In this document: positions 8,645 through 17,537 of the stretch, piece by piece | Layout of the letters: each line of letters starts with the position of its first letter | Position numbering within the stretch: the first letter of the stretch is position 1 | NCBI GenBank assembly: GCA_023384595.1 | Contig: JAHDVQ010000006.1 | Span: forward strand, 13,339 to 63,055 | Reading direction: 5' to 3' | Source: Vicinamibacteraceae bacterium | GTDB taxonomy: Bacteria; Acidobacteriota; Vicinamibacteria; Vicinamibacterales; JAFNAJ01 | Length of the DNA: 49,717 bases | Translations under genes and position numbers: made by a program | The notes under the pieces: generated by a model | Database searches by the model: none | What the model saw: the letters and a program-made list of their open reading frames with translations, nothing else | What the model was told of the DNA's origin: nothing

Positions 8645-10683
8645 CGCGCCGCCTCGAGCCCGCGCGCCTGCTGCCGGGCGTGGCCGACGCCGACGCGGGT
8701 GCCCGCACGCAAACGCAGACGCCGGTCGAGGCCGGCGCCGGCACCCCCGTGCGCGGCCGCGCGCTCATCTTCTGGGACCCGGCCGCGCCGGGGCGGAAAC
8801 GCGACGCCATCGACACCGATCAGATCACGCCTGCCGAAGACTGTGTCTCGGAGAGCCTCGACACGCTGGACGAGCGGTGGAAGGCGGGGGCGTTCCGCCA
8901 CGTGATGCCCGACTTCCGCGCGCGGGTCCACGCGGGCGAGACGTTCCTCGTCGCCGGCGATCGGTTCGCCATCGGCTCGTCGCGCGAGATGAGTCCGGCG
9001 GGGCTCAAGGCCATCGCCGAGGAGGCCGGCCGCACGCTGGTCGTCGTCTGCGGCCACGGTCTGGGGGACATCTTCCGCCGCAATGCCCTCAACCTCGGTC
9101 TCGACGTTGTCCAGTCGCCCGAGGCGGTCGCCGACGCGCGGGACGGTGACTGGCTGGAGTTCGACCCGGCGACGCGGCGGCTGCGCAACGAGACGCAGGG
9201 CCGCGAGTACGAGCCCATGCCGCTCTCGCCGACCGAGGAGGGCATCAGGCGGGTGGGGGGGATCATCGCGCTCGGCCGGCGTGACTTCGGCGAGTCGATC
9301 CGGCGCGTCCCCGAGGTCGAGTGGCCCGACGCGGAGACGGCCCGCGCACTGACCTCGACCGAGCAGATTCTGTGGGCGCACCGCGTCGATCGTGACGCCG
9401 CCGTGACGCCAGGGGCGACCATCAGGGTCTTTGCGGATCTGCTCCCGGCCTCCGACGGTACGGCGCCCTTCGCGATTCACACCTTCGCGCAGATCACGGG
9501 TGGGAACACCATCTATCCGCGGCAGGCGGCCATCGCCAACGACCACTTCGTCTTCACCGGGCGGCCGGCCGACGACCGCCAGACGGCACTCGGTGCGGCG
9601 TTTGCCGCCCGATACGGCATCGCCCCTCCGCGCTATGCGGCGCCGGGCGACGGCATCTTTCACTTCTACTTTCCGGAGCAGGGTCTGATCCAGCCGGGGC
9701 AGGTCGTCCCCGGTGCCGATTCGCACTCGAGGGCCTACGGCGCCTACGGCGCACTGGGGTTCGGCGTGGGGTCGACGACGCTCGGATTCGGGTGGGCCCT
9801 CGGCTACGTCTACGTGACCGTGCCCCGGCAGCGCCGCGTGCGCTTCACCGGGAGGCTGCGTCCGTGGGTCGCGGGCAAGGACATCGTGCTCGAGGTGCTT
9901 CGCCGATGGGGCACCGCGCAAGCGCAGGGCATGTCGGTGGAGCTCGTCGACGAGGATCTGCAGCTGCCCATCGCCTATCGGAACACCATCGCGAACATGA
10001 TGGCCGAGGCCGAAGCCTTCAACGGCGTCTTCGCCCCCGACGCGCTCACGGCGGCCTGGTATGCCTCGCGTGGCATCGACCCGGGCCCCTGCGCGCGATT
10101 CGCGGCGGGTGACGACGCGCGCTACGCGATTGACGAGGTCGTCGATCTCGAGGCGATCGAGCCGCTCATCGCGAAGCCGTTCAGCCCGGGGAACGCGCAT
10201 CCAGCGGGCGACATCGCGCGGACCCGGCTCGCGTTCGACAAGGCGCTCATCGGCTCCTGCACCAACGGCAGCTACGCCGACCTGCTGCAGGCGGCGCTCG
10301 TCCTGCACGCGGGACGGCAGGCCGGCGCCGCGCGCGCCGTCACACCGCTACTGGTGTTCCCTGGCTCGGGTGGCGTCGCCCGCCAGATCGAGCAGCCCGA
10401 GCCGCGGCTGGGAGGGCTGTCGGTGGCCGGGGTCCTGCGCGAGGCCGGCGCCGAGATCCGGCCCTCGTGGTGCGGTCCGTGCTTCGGCCAGGGTCCCGAC
10501 GCGCTGCGGCCAGGCGAGCGTGCCATCACCACCTTCAACAGAAACTGGCAGAATCGCATGGGCGTTGGCGGCGAGGGTTACCTCGCCAGCCCCGCCATCG
10601 TGGCGGCGTCGGCGCTGCTGGGGTACATGGGCCCGCCCGAGGACCTGGGTCTCGAGTGGGATGCGGAGCGTTTCGGGGTATGA
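8641..10683 (+). CDS. Aconitase-family [4Fe-4S] dehydratase/isomerase: LeuD-like swivel domain fused N-terminal to a LeuC-like domain
   Basis: N-terminal IDTDQITP, FAIGSSRE and IFRRNALNLG (small-subunit motifs), then NDH, GIFH, GADSHS, GKD, ANMMAE, IGSCTNG, WCGPCFG, FNRNW..RMG and YLASP (large-subunit motifs). ATGA overlaps at both ends. Confidence 0.88.
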   Translation: MTRRLEPARLLPGVADADAGARTQTQTPVEAGAGTPVRGRALIFWDPAAPGRKRDAIDTDQITPAEDCVSESLDTLDERWKAGAFRHVMPDFRARVHAGETFLVAGDRFAIGSSREMSPAGLKAIAEEAGRTLVVVCGHGLGDIFRRNALNLGLDVVQSPEAVADARDGDWLEFDPATRRLRNETQGREYEPMPLSPTEEGIRRVGGIIALGRRDFGESIRRVPEVEWPDAETARALTSTEQILWAHRVDRDAAVTPGATIRVFADLLPASDGTAPFAIHTFAQITGGNTIYPRQAAIANDHFVFTGRPADDRQTALGAAFAARYGIAPPRYAAPGDGIFHFYFPEQGLIQPGQVVPGADSHSRAYGAYGALGFGVGSTTLGFGWALGYVYVTVPRQRRVRFTGRLRPWVAGKDIVLEVLRRWGTAQAQGMSVELVDEDLQLPIAYRNTIANMMAEAEAFNGVFAPDALTAAWYASRGIDPGPCARFAAGDDARYAIDEVVDLEAIEPLIAKPFSPGNAHPAGDIARTRLAFDKALIGSCTNGSYADLLQAALVLHAGRQAGAARAVTPLLVFPGSGGVARQIEQPEPRLGGLSVAGVLREAGAEIRPSWCGPCFGQGPDALRPGERAITTFNRNWQNRMGVGGEGYLASPAIVAASALLGYMGPPEDLGLEWDAERFGV

Positions 10684-11285
10684 CGGCACCGTCCGGTCGG
10701 CTGAGCGCGGAACTGCAGCGCCACATCGTCGAGCGGATCGCCGAGGGGGATCCCTCGGGCGAGCACGATCTGGCCGCGATCTTCGAGCGCCGCATTCGTT
10801 TGATGCTGGCGGCGCGGCTGCGCGACCACGACGCGGCCCTCGAGGTGACGCAGGACACGCTGCTCGCCGTCATCACGGCCCTCCGCAAGGGCCAGCTTCG
10901 CAACGCCGAGAGTCTCGCCGCCTTCGTGCACGGCATCGCGCGGAACCTGGCCAACAACTTCCTCCGGACGCGCCAGGAGTCGCCGCGCTTCGTCGAGGTC
11001 ACACCCGAGCTGCCCCTGGCCGCGCCTGCCCACGACTTCGAGGGGCAGGAACGCCTCGCGCTGGTCAGGAAGGCGATGGGCCGGCTGGACCCGACAGACC
11101 GCACCATCCTCCTCCGGACATTGCTGGAAGGACTGAAACCGGGGGAAATTGCTCGCGATCTGGGCGTCAGTTCAGAGGTCGTGCGGACCAGGAAGTCGCG
11201 GGCGCTCAAGAAGGTCATCGAGCACGTCGAGCGGTTGTCACAAATTGGCATCGTCCGCCACTCTGTTGTGGAGGAGGAAGGATGA
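10680..11285 (+). CDS. ECF RNA polymerase sigma factor
   Basis: Region 2 (AALEVTQDTLL..FVHGIARN) and region 4 (LDPTDRTIL..EGLKPGEIARDLGVS..VVRTRKSRALKK). ATG 10680 overlaps the upstream TGA. Confidence 0.88.
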   Translation: MTAPSGRLSAELQRHIVERIAEGDPSGEHDLAAIFERRIRLMLAARLRDHDAALEVTQDTLLAVITALRKGQLRNAESLAAFVHGIARNLANNFLRTRQESPRFVEVTPELPLAAPAHDFEGQERLALVRKAMGRLDPTDRTILLRTLLEGLKPGEIARDLGVSSEVVRTRKSRALKKVIEHVERLSQIGIVRHSVVEEEG

Positions 11286-12175
11286 CCTGCCAGCGTTCCC
11301 GCAAAACCGAGCAGTTCGAGGACTACCTGCTCGGGCGGATGCCCGAAGAAGAGCAGGCTGCGTTCGAGCTGCACTACTTCGCATGCGACGAGTGCCTCGC
11401 CCTCCTCGAGACGATGCGGGCTGTCCAGGCCGAACTGGCGAGCGGTCTCGCGCCTGCCGCCACGGTGCCGTCAAGTCAGGTGCGGCCGTCGAGCTGGCGC
11501 GTCAGGCCGCTGGCGATCGCGGCCGGCATCGGGGCCATCGTCGTGGCGGGCGGGCTCTTCCTGTGGGAGGGCGGACGACGATCCGATCAGCTTCCGGCCG
11601 GCGGTTCGCCTCCGCTGGTCGCCGACGCGGGAGACGAGGCCGCTCCGACCATGGTGCCGCCCGGTGACGCGTCCGGAGAAACGCCGGCCGCCGGCGAGAA
11701 GCCGGAGGCGGACGAGGCCCCACGGGTGGCGCCGCGCCGCCGTTCGCTGGCGCAGCTGGCCCAGTTCACGCCGCCGCCCTACCTGGCGCTGACGCTGCGC
11801 GGCGGAGAGGCGGCCTCGGTCGACGATGCCTTCACGGCCGGGATGCAGCGCTACATGGGGCGCGATTATGCTGGCGCGCGCGAGGCCCTCACGCGGGCGG
11901 TGGCGGCCGATCCAGGGCGCCCCGCGGCGCAGTTCTACCTGGGCATCTGTCAGCTCCACGCCGGCGAGGCCGAGGCGGCCGCGGCGAGCTTTGCCCGCAC
12001 GGTCTCGCTCGGAGACTCGATCTACTACGAGGACGCCCACTTCTTCCTGGCCAAGGCGCGCCTTGCGCAGGGCCGTGTGGCCGATGCGCGCGCGGCGCTC
12101 CAGACGGTGGCGACGCTGGCGGGCGACCGGGAGGCCGACGCGCGCGCGCTGCTGCGTGAGCTGGCGGGTCGCTGA
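11282..12175 (+). CDS. Putative anti-sigma factor: zf-HC2 + TM + C-terminal TPR
   Basis: FELHYFACDEC (HxxxCxxC), TM LAIAAGIGAIVVAGGLFLW, Pro/Ala linker and TPR-like helices (AQFYLGIC, AHFFLAKA). GGAGG RBS and ATGA overlap with the sigma stop. Confidence 0.82.
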   Translation: MTCQRSRKTEQFEDYLLGRMPEEEQAAFELHYFACDECLALLETMRAVQAELASGLAPAATVPSSQVRPSSWRVRPLAIAAGIGAIVVAGGLFLWEGGRRSDQLPAGGSPPLVADAGDEAAPTMVPPGDASGETPAAGEKPEADEAPRVAPRRRSLAQLAQFTPPPYLALTLRGGEAASVDDAFTAGMQRYMGRDYAGAREALTRAVAADPGRPAAQFYLGICQLHAGEAEAAAASFARTVSLGDSIYYEDAHFFLAKARLAQGRVADARAALQTVATLAGDREADARALLRELAGR

Positions 12176-12208
12176 CGCGGCCTTCGCGTCCGGGGCGGGC
12201 CGCCTGTC

Positions 12209-14293
12209 TCAGCGTGCGCGGCTCGCTCGCAATTCCTCGATCGTGTTCGGATAGCTGCCCGTCGTGGCTCTCAACATCCAGAAGAAGATGGCCGTGTTCT
12301 CGTGCGCGCCCGTGAACTGGAGCGCACCAGGCCCCGACGCCGAGAGCACGACGTCGGTCGCGGTGTGGCCCGACGTGTTCAGCGCGAGCGATGACGTATC
12401 GCCGCACTGTTCCTGCGGCGCGCAGGCGTACTCGCCGTTCTCGATGACGCCCTCCACGAGGAATCCTGGAATGGCCTCGCCGCTGACCGACTTGTTGTCG
12501 GCCTGGGGCAGTCCGCTGTCGCGCTGCGGGTTGGCCACGGCGATGGGCCGGCTCACGTCGTTCTCGACCTTGCGCGTGATCGCCGTCGCCGAGCGGTAGT
12601 AGCGGTTCGAGAGCCAGTTCTCGTAGCGATCGGGGGCGGCCGCCCAGCCGAGCAGCAGCTTCCGCGACGGATCGGGGTTCACCGGATATCCATCGGGGCC
12701 GATCTCGTAGTTGGTGGTGAAATCGAGGCGCTGCTCCGGCTCGAAGCGGAAGACCGCGGCGTAGTCCCTGACCGCGCGCCCGAGCGACTGCGGCGCGTAG
12801 CGCTCGTTGCCGACGCCGATGAGCGCCAGCCCTCCGCACTCGTGATCGGCCGTCACGATGACGAGCGTGTCGTTGGTGGCATCGGCGTCGCTGTTGGTTC
12901 GGGCGGCGAAGGCGAGGGCCACCTCCACGGCGCCATCCAGTTCGAGCGTGTCCCAGATGGCGCGCTCGGCGTCGGCGTTGTGGGCGGCCTTGTCGATCGA
13001 GGCGGCCTCGACCATCAGGTAGAACCCCGCAGGCGAGTGCGCCTCGAGGGTGCGCAAGGCGGCGGCGGCCATGTCGCGAAGCATCGGGGCATCGCGCCTC
13101 GCGGCATTGGCCTCGCGCGCGAGTTCGTCGCTGTAGCGGCCGGCGCCCACCTTGTCGAAGGCCACGGGCATGGTCCCGGGCGAGAACAGGCCCAGCAGTC
13201 GGCGTGGCGGCGCACCGGCCGAGAGCGCCGCGAGTGCCGGGGCCGTGTCCACGCGCGTAAAGCCAGCCGCGGTGAACTCCGCGCCAAGGTCGCGGCCGTC
13301 GGTCCGGGCCCCGCGGCTGCCGTCGGCCACGAAGTGGCTGCTCCCGCCTCCCATCAAAACCGTCACGCCGTTCCGATCACGCTCGTCGAAGAAGCGCGCC
13401 GCGATGCCATCGGACGCCAACCGGTCGGACGTATGCACGGCGTTCGCGCCCGGCGTCGCATCGGTCACGTCGCCCGTCGTGACGATGCCCACGTTGAAGC
13501 CCCGCCCCCGCAGGCGCCGCAGGAACTCGCCGAGGTACTCCACCTTCGGGTTGTCGAACGGATCGTCGAGGGTGTTGTCCGGGAAGACGCCCTCCTGGTT
13601 GTTGTTGCTCTTGGCGCCCGTGACGTAGCTCGACATGCCCGGGGCCGAGTCGGTGATGACCGCGTTGAGCGCCGACGTGCTCACGGTGCCGCTCACCTCG
13701 AGGGTGTCCATGGCCAGGGGACGGCGGGCCTTGCCGTTCACGAGGCCGCGCCCGACGATGCGGGCGGCCGTGCGGTGGGCGATGCCCATGCCATCGCCGA
13801 CCAGGAAGATGATGTTGCGCGCTCTTGCGCGCCCCCGGCGCGGCGCGTCCCAGGCCACGACCTGGAGCGTCACGCGGGCCGTGGCGCCGTCGGCCGTGCG
13901 GACCTCCACGATCCGGTCGCCGGGCGTGTCGAACGCGAGATCGCGGACGAGGAAGTTGCTGGTGTGCGGCGGCGCCTGCCCGGCGCGGTGGGAGATGGGC
14001 AGGTTCGTCGCGGCGGCTCCCGTACCGCCGTAGCCGCGTTCGCCGTTGCTCCCGGCATCGAGCGTGTTGCGATCGGTGATGTCCACTCCGTCGAGCATCA
14101 CCCGCAGCCCCGCGGGCGCGGCGCTGCCGGCGGGCGCCGAGGCTTCGACGCGCAGGTCGAATCGCTGTCCGACGGCGACAGTCGTGCCCTCGGGGGGCAT
14201 CACGCGCAGGCTCGTCGCGGCTGCGGCCGGTACCGGCGCCGCGGCGACCACGATGAGAGCGATCGAAGCCAGGAACGGGCTGCGGGTGTACAT
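12209..14293 (-). CDS. Alkaline phosphatase (PhoA family) with extra N-terminal beta domain, secreted
   Basis: NIIFLVGDGMG, ITDSA (catalytic Ser), DATP, FYLMVEAASIDKAAH, IVTADHE and GHT. Signal peptide from MYTRSP. Confidence 0.9.
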   Translation of the reverse strand: MYTRSPFLASIALIVVAAAPVPAAAATSLRVMPPEGTTVAVGQRFDLRVEASAPAGSAAPAGLRVMLDGVDITDRNTLDAGSNGERGYGGTGAAATNLPISHRAGQAPPHTSNFLVRDLAFDTPGDRIVEVRTADGATARVTLQVVAWDAPRRGRARARNIIFLVGDGMGIAHRTAARIVGRGLVNGKARRPLAMDTLEVSGTVSTSALNAVITDSAPGMSSYVTGAKSNNNQEGVFPDNTLDDPFDNPKVEYLGEFLRRLRGRGFNVGIVTTGDVTDATPGANAVHTSDRLASDGIAARFFDERDRNGVTVLMGGGSSHFVADGSRGARTDGRDLGAEFTAAGFTRVDTAPALAALSAGAPPRRLLGLFSPGTMPVAFDKVGAGRYSDELAREANAARRDAPMLRDMAAAALRTLEAHSPAGFYLMVEAASIDKAAHNADAERAIWDTLELDGAVEVALAFAARTNSDADATNDTLVIVTADHECGGLALIGVGNERYAPQSLGRAVRDYAAVFRFEPEQRLDFTTNYEIGPDGYPVNPDPSRKLLLGWAAAPDRYENWLSNRYYRSATAITRKVENDVSRPIAVANPQRDSGLPQADNKSVSGEAIPGFLVEGVIENGEYACAPQEQCGDTSSLALNTSGHTATDVVLSASGPGALQFTGAHENTAIFFWMLRATTGSYPNTIEELRASRAR

Positions 14294-14384
14294 GTCCCAT
14301 TGTCCCCCAGGGGCACGGCGGGGGACCAGCACGGCCCGGAGGCCGGCGGCCGTACTCCCGCGCGCCGACCGGGATCGCCCAGGG

Positions 14385-17063
14385 TCAGCGGCGTCGCAGC
14401 ACGAGCACCGTGGCGTCGTCCTGGGCGGGCTCGTCGCCCAGCCAGCGGTCGACGAGCGCGAAGATCCCGGCCACCACGGCGCCGAGATCGCTGCCGCGGC
14501 TCGCGCCCGCCAGGTGCTCCTCGAGGCGCGCCTCGCCCAGTTCCTCGTATCGCACGTTCATCGCCTCGGTGATGCCGTCGCTGAAGACGACGAGCAGGTC
14601 GCCCGGATCGAGCGACAGCCGGCGGGCGTCGTACGGGCGTTGCGCCATCAGGCCCAGAGCCATGCCCGTGGGGGGCAGGCGCTCGACGCGGCCCGTGGCG
14701 CGCCGCACCAGCATCGGCGGGTTGTGCCCGGCGTTGACGTACTCCAGGGTGCAGGTCTCGTCGTCGAAGACGCCATAGAACAGGGTGGCGAACTTGCTCG
14801 ACGCCGTTGACGCCACGAGCTGGTCGTTGAGCGCGCTGGCGAAACCCGCGGGGTCGTCCACCATCAGCGGGGCCCGGCTGCGGAGCATGGCCTGGAGGCT
14901 GGCCATCAGCAGGGCCGCCGACATCCCCTTGCCCGAGATGTCGCCGAGTGCGAAGCCGACCTTGCCCGGTGCGAGGGCGAGGAAGTCGAAGTAGTCGCCG
15001 CCCACGCCCCGCGCCATGCGACAGGCGCCTTCGTACTCGAGGTGTGTCAGCGGCGGGCGGGTCTGCGGGTAGAGTCCCTCCTGCACCTGCCTGGCGAACT
15101 CGAGCTCACGGCGTAGCGCTTCCTGGTCGGCGACGCTGGCGACGAGATTCGCATAGTCGAGCGCCGTGGCCATCTGCTTCGCCACCGCGGCCAGCAGCTG
15201 TCTGTCCTCGCGCGTGAAGGCCTCCTCCGAGAGCTTGTCACCCACGAGAATCCACCCCATGAGGCCGCGGCCGGTGGAGAGCGGCACCACGAGTGCCGGA
15301 TCGAACGCCTCGAGCACGGCGTGGTCGTGGCGCTCGGCTTCGGAGGTGGGCGCCGCGAGCGGCCGCAGCCACGACCTCGGATCCGTCCAGTCCACGGCCA
15401 GGACGTCCTGGCCCTGCGCGCTCCGCCGCTCGACCTCCGTGGCCAGCGGACCATCGGCCGGCACCATCACGACGCAGGCACGCTCCCGCACGGTCCGCGC
15501 CACCGAGTCCGTTTCGAGGTGCGCGCGGCAGCGCAGCGGCCCGGCGGTCCCGGCTGGTGCCGCGGCCTCGCCCTGGTCGACATCGCCCAGGAAGACGGCG
15601 GCGCGCACCGGGTGAAGCGCCCTGATGATGATCCGCAGGGCGTCGCGAATGAGGGCGTCGGTATCGGCGGCGTGCGCACGCGAGAGCCCGGCGAACTCGG
15701 CGAGAACCTCGCTCGTGACGTACGGCTCGCGGAAGAACCGCCGATCGATCCAGGGCTGCAGCCGCTTGTTCAGGTGCCGCGAGGCGTAGAGCAGCAGGCC
15801 TGCCCCCACGGCCACCACGAGGATGAGCGCGCGCTGATCGCCGGGCGGCACGAACCGGCGCACCAGCGGTCCGACGATGAAGAAGAGCCCGAGCAGGATG
15901 AGCAGCGTCTCGAGCAGGAGGAATCCCTTGGAGACGAGCGCGTAGCGCACGCCCCGCCGCACGATGAGTTGGACGCCCAGCACGCGGTGGCGCACGACCG
16001 CGTAGATGAACGACAGCGGGAAGAAGGGCAGTCCGACCAACAGGACGATGACGAGCCAGACCGGCGGGCTGGAGTCGGCGCCCGCGGACGTCCACAGTAC
16101 GAGCACGAGCAGCGGCACGAGGCCGACGAGGGCCCCGGCCAGCAACACGCGCATCCGCCGTCGGTCGCTGCGCGTCTCGGCCCGCACCGTGTGCCAGATG
16201 AGGGACACGAACCCGACGACCATCATCACGACGAGCGACCAGCCCACGAAGGGGTCGATCGATGGGGCGAGCCACTGCAGGGTTTCGACCCACGAGGGCG
16301 GCGCGAACTCGGCCACGACGAGCGAGACGACGGCGACGGCCACGGCCGCGAGCGTCACCGCGCGGCCGAGCGGCTTCACCCAGGGGACGAGCCGATCGAG
16401 GCCGGCGCTGGTCGGAAAGACCAGGAAGAAGTGCATGAAGGCATACACGCCGACAATGGTCACCAGCGTGTGCACGGCCTGGGACGCGAGGCGCAGCCAT
16501 TGGGGGAACCGCGAGAAGTCGGCCCCCGAGACCGCGGAGAACCCCAGGAACAGCAGACCGCCGTAGAACGAACGCTCGTCGTCGGGCCGCAACACTCCGA
16601 TGAGCAGCGCCGTCGACACGGCCAGCAGCGGCAGGAACCCCGCGGCGACCACGTGCGTCGCGATGGCCGCCTTCGAGGGAAGGCGCGGTTCGACGTGCAG
16701 GCGCACGAGGTCCGGCACGCCTTCGCGGCGGACCTCGATCGCCCACGAGCGGGTCCGGTCGACGCCGCGCAGCGCGGCGGCGAGGGATTCGAGGCTGCGC
16801 ACAGGCTCGGCACGCCCATCGCCCACCCTGACACCGACGATGACGTCGTCGCGCCGCAGCCCGGCCTTCCAGAGGGGCAGTTCGTCGCCCAGGGCGTCGG
16901 CGCGCTGGATCTGCACGACGCGCAGGCCTTCGACGGCCGGCGCCAGGGCGACGGCAGCAAACGACACGCCTCGCGGCGCGACGAGCGCGTGGTACAGGTC
17001 GTAGCCGCGATAGCCGAGCACGCAGAGCCCGAGGACGATGAGCAGCCAGAGACGGCGGGTCAT
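14385..17063 (-). CDS. Membrane PP2C/SpoIIE (RsbU-like) phosphatase with PDZ-like, multi-TM and GAF-like domains
   Basis: AGLRRDDVIVGV (PDZ-like), about 9-10 TM, GDKLSEEAFTREDRQLL (GAF end), VGGDYFD, GDISGKG, NAGHNPP, FSDGITEA and QDDAT. Confidence 0.9.
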   Translation of the reverse strand: MTRRLWLLIVLGLCVLGYRGYDLYHALVAPRGVSFAAVALAPAVEGLRVVQIQRADALGDELPLWKAGLRRDDVIVGVRVGDGRAEPVRSLESLAAALRGVDRTRSWAIEVRREGVPDLVRLHVEPRLPSKAAIATHVVAAGFLPLLAVSTALLIGVLRPDDERSFYGGLLFLGFSAVSGADFSRFPQWLRLASQAVHTLVTIVGVYAFMHFFLVFPTSAGLDRLVPWVKPLGRAVTLAAVAVAVVSLVVAEFAPPSWVETLQWLAPSIDPFVGWSLVVMMVVGFVSLIWHTVRAETRSDRRRMRVLLAGALVGLVPLLVLVLWTSAGADSSPPVWLVIVLLVGLPFFPLSFIYAVVRHRVLGVQLIVRRGVRYALVSKGFLLLETLLILLGLFFIVGPLVRRFVPPGDQRALILVVAVGAGLLLYASRHLNKRLQPWIDRRFFREPYVTSEVLAEFAGLSRAHAADTDALIRDALRIIIRALHPVRAAVFLGDVDQGEAAAPAGTAGPLRCRAHLETDSVARTVRERACVVMVPADGPLATEVERRSAQGQDVLAVDWTDPRSWLRPLAAPTSEAERHDHAVLEAFDPALVVPLSTGRGLMGWILVGDKLSEEAFTREDRQLLAAVAKQMATALDYANLVASVADQEALRRELEFARQVQEGLYPQTRPPLTHLEYEGACRMARGVGGDYFDFLALAPGKVGFALGDISGKGMSAALLMASLQAMLRSRAPLMVDDPAGFASALNDQLVASTASSKFATLFYGVFDDETCTLEYVNAGHNPPMLVRRATGRVERLPPTGMALGLMAQRPYDARRLSLDPGDLLVVFSDGITEAMNVRYEELGEARLEEHLAGASRGSDLGAVVAGIFALVDRWLGDEPAQDDATVLVLRRR

Positions 17064-17108
17064 GCCGTCGTGAATTCTATGCCGTCGAGGCGGGAGCCGC
17101 AGCCCGCG

Positions 17109-17528
17109 TCAGCGGCCGGCGGCGACGAGATACGCCCAGGTGCCCAGCGTGGCGAGCCCGATCGTCCAGCGTGCGGGAAGGAGGAGCCCTTGACCCGAGG
17201 CGATTCGGAGGCGGGGGAGGTCGCAGGCGAGCGTGACCGCCGCGTACATGGCAAAGGCGACGTAGGCGAGAGCGGCGACCACGGCGGCCGGATTCCAACC
17301 GAGGGCCGCTGCGAGATCGCCGCGCAGCAGCGCGAACAGCGCCCGTGTCGTGCCGCACGTCGGACAGGGCCACCCCGTAACCTCCTTCAGCGGACACACG
17401 AGGTGCGGCCACTCGAAGAGGCCCCAGGCCGCGCCGGCGGCGAGCGCGGCGGCCGCGAGGCCGACCGACAGCCAGAGGACCTCGTGATCGGTCTCCTGTG
17501 CTGTCAGCCGGCGTCGCTCGAGGCGCAT
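17109..17528 (-). CDS. DUF2752 domain membrane protein
   Basis: CPLKEVTGWPCPTCGTTRA...GDLAAALGWNP signature; 3 TM. Confidence 0.85.
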   Translation of the reverse strand: MRLERRRLTAQETDHEVLWLSVGLAAAALAAGAAWGLFEWPHLVCPLKEVTGWPCPTCGTTRALFALLRGDLAAALGWNPAAVVAALAYVAFAMYAAVTLACDLPRLRIASGQGLLLPARWTIGLATLGTWAYLVAAGR

Positions 17529-17537
17529 CGGGGGTGT

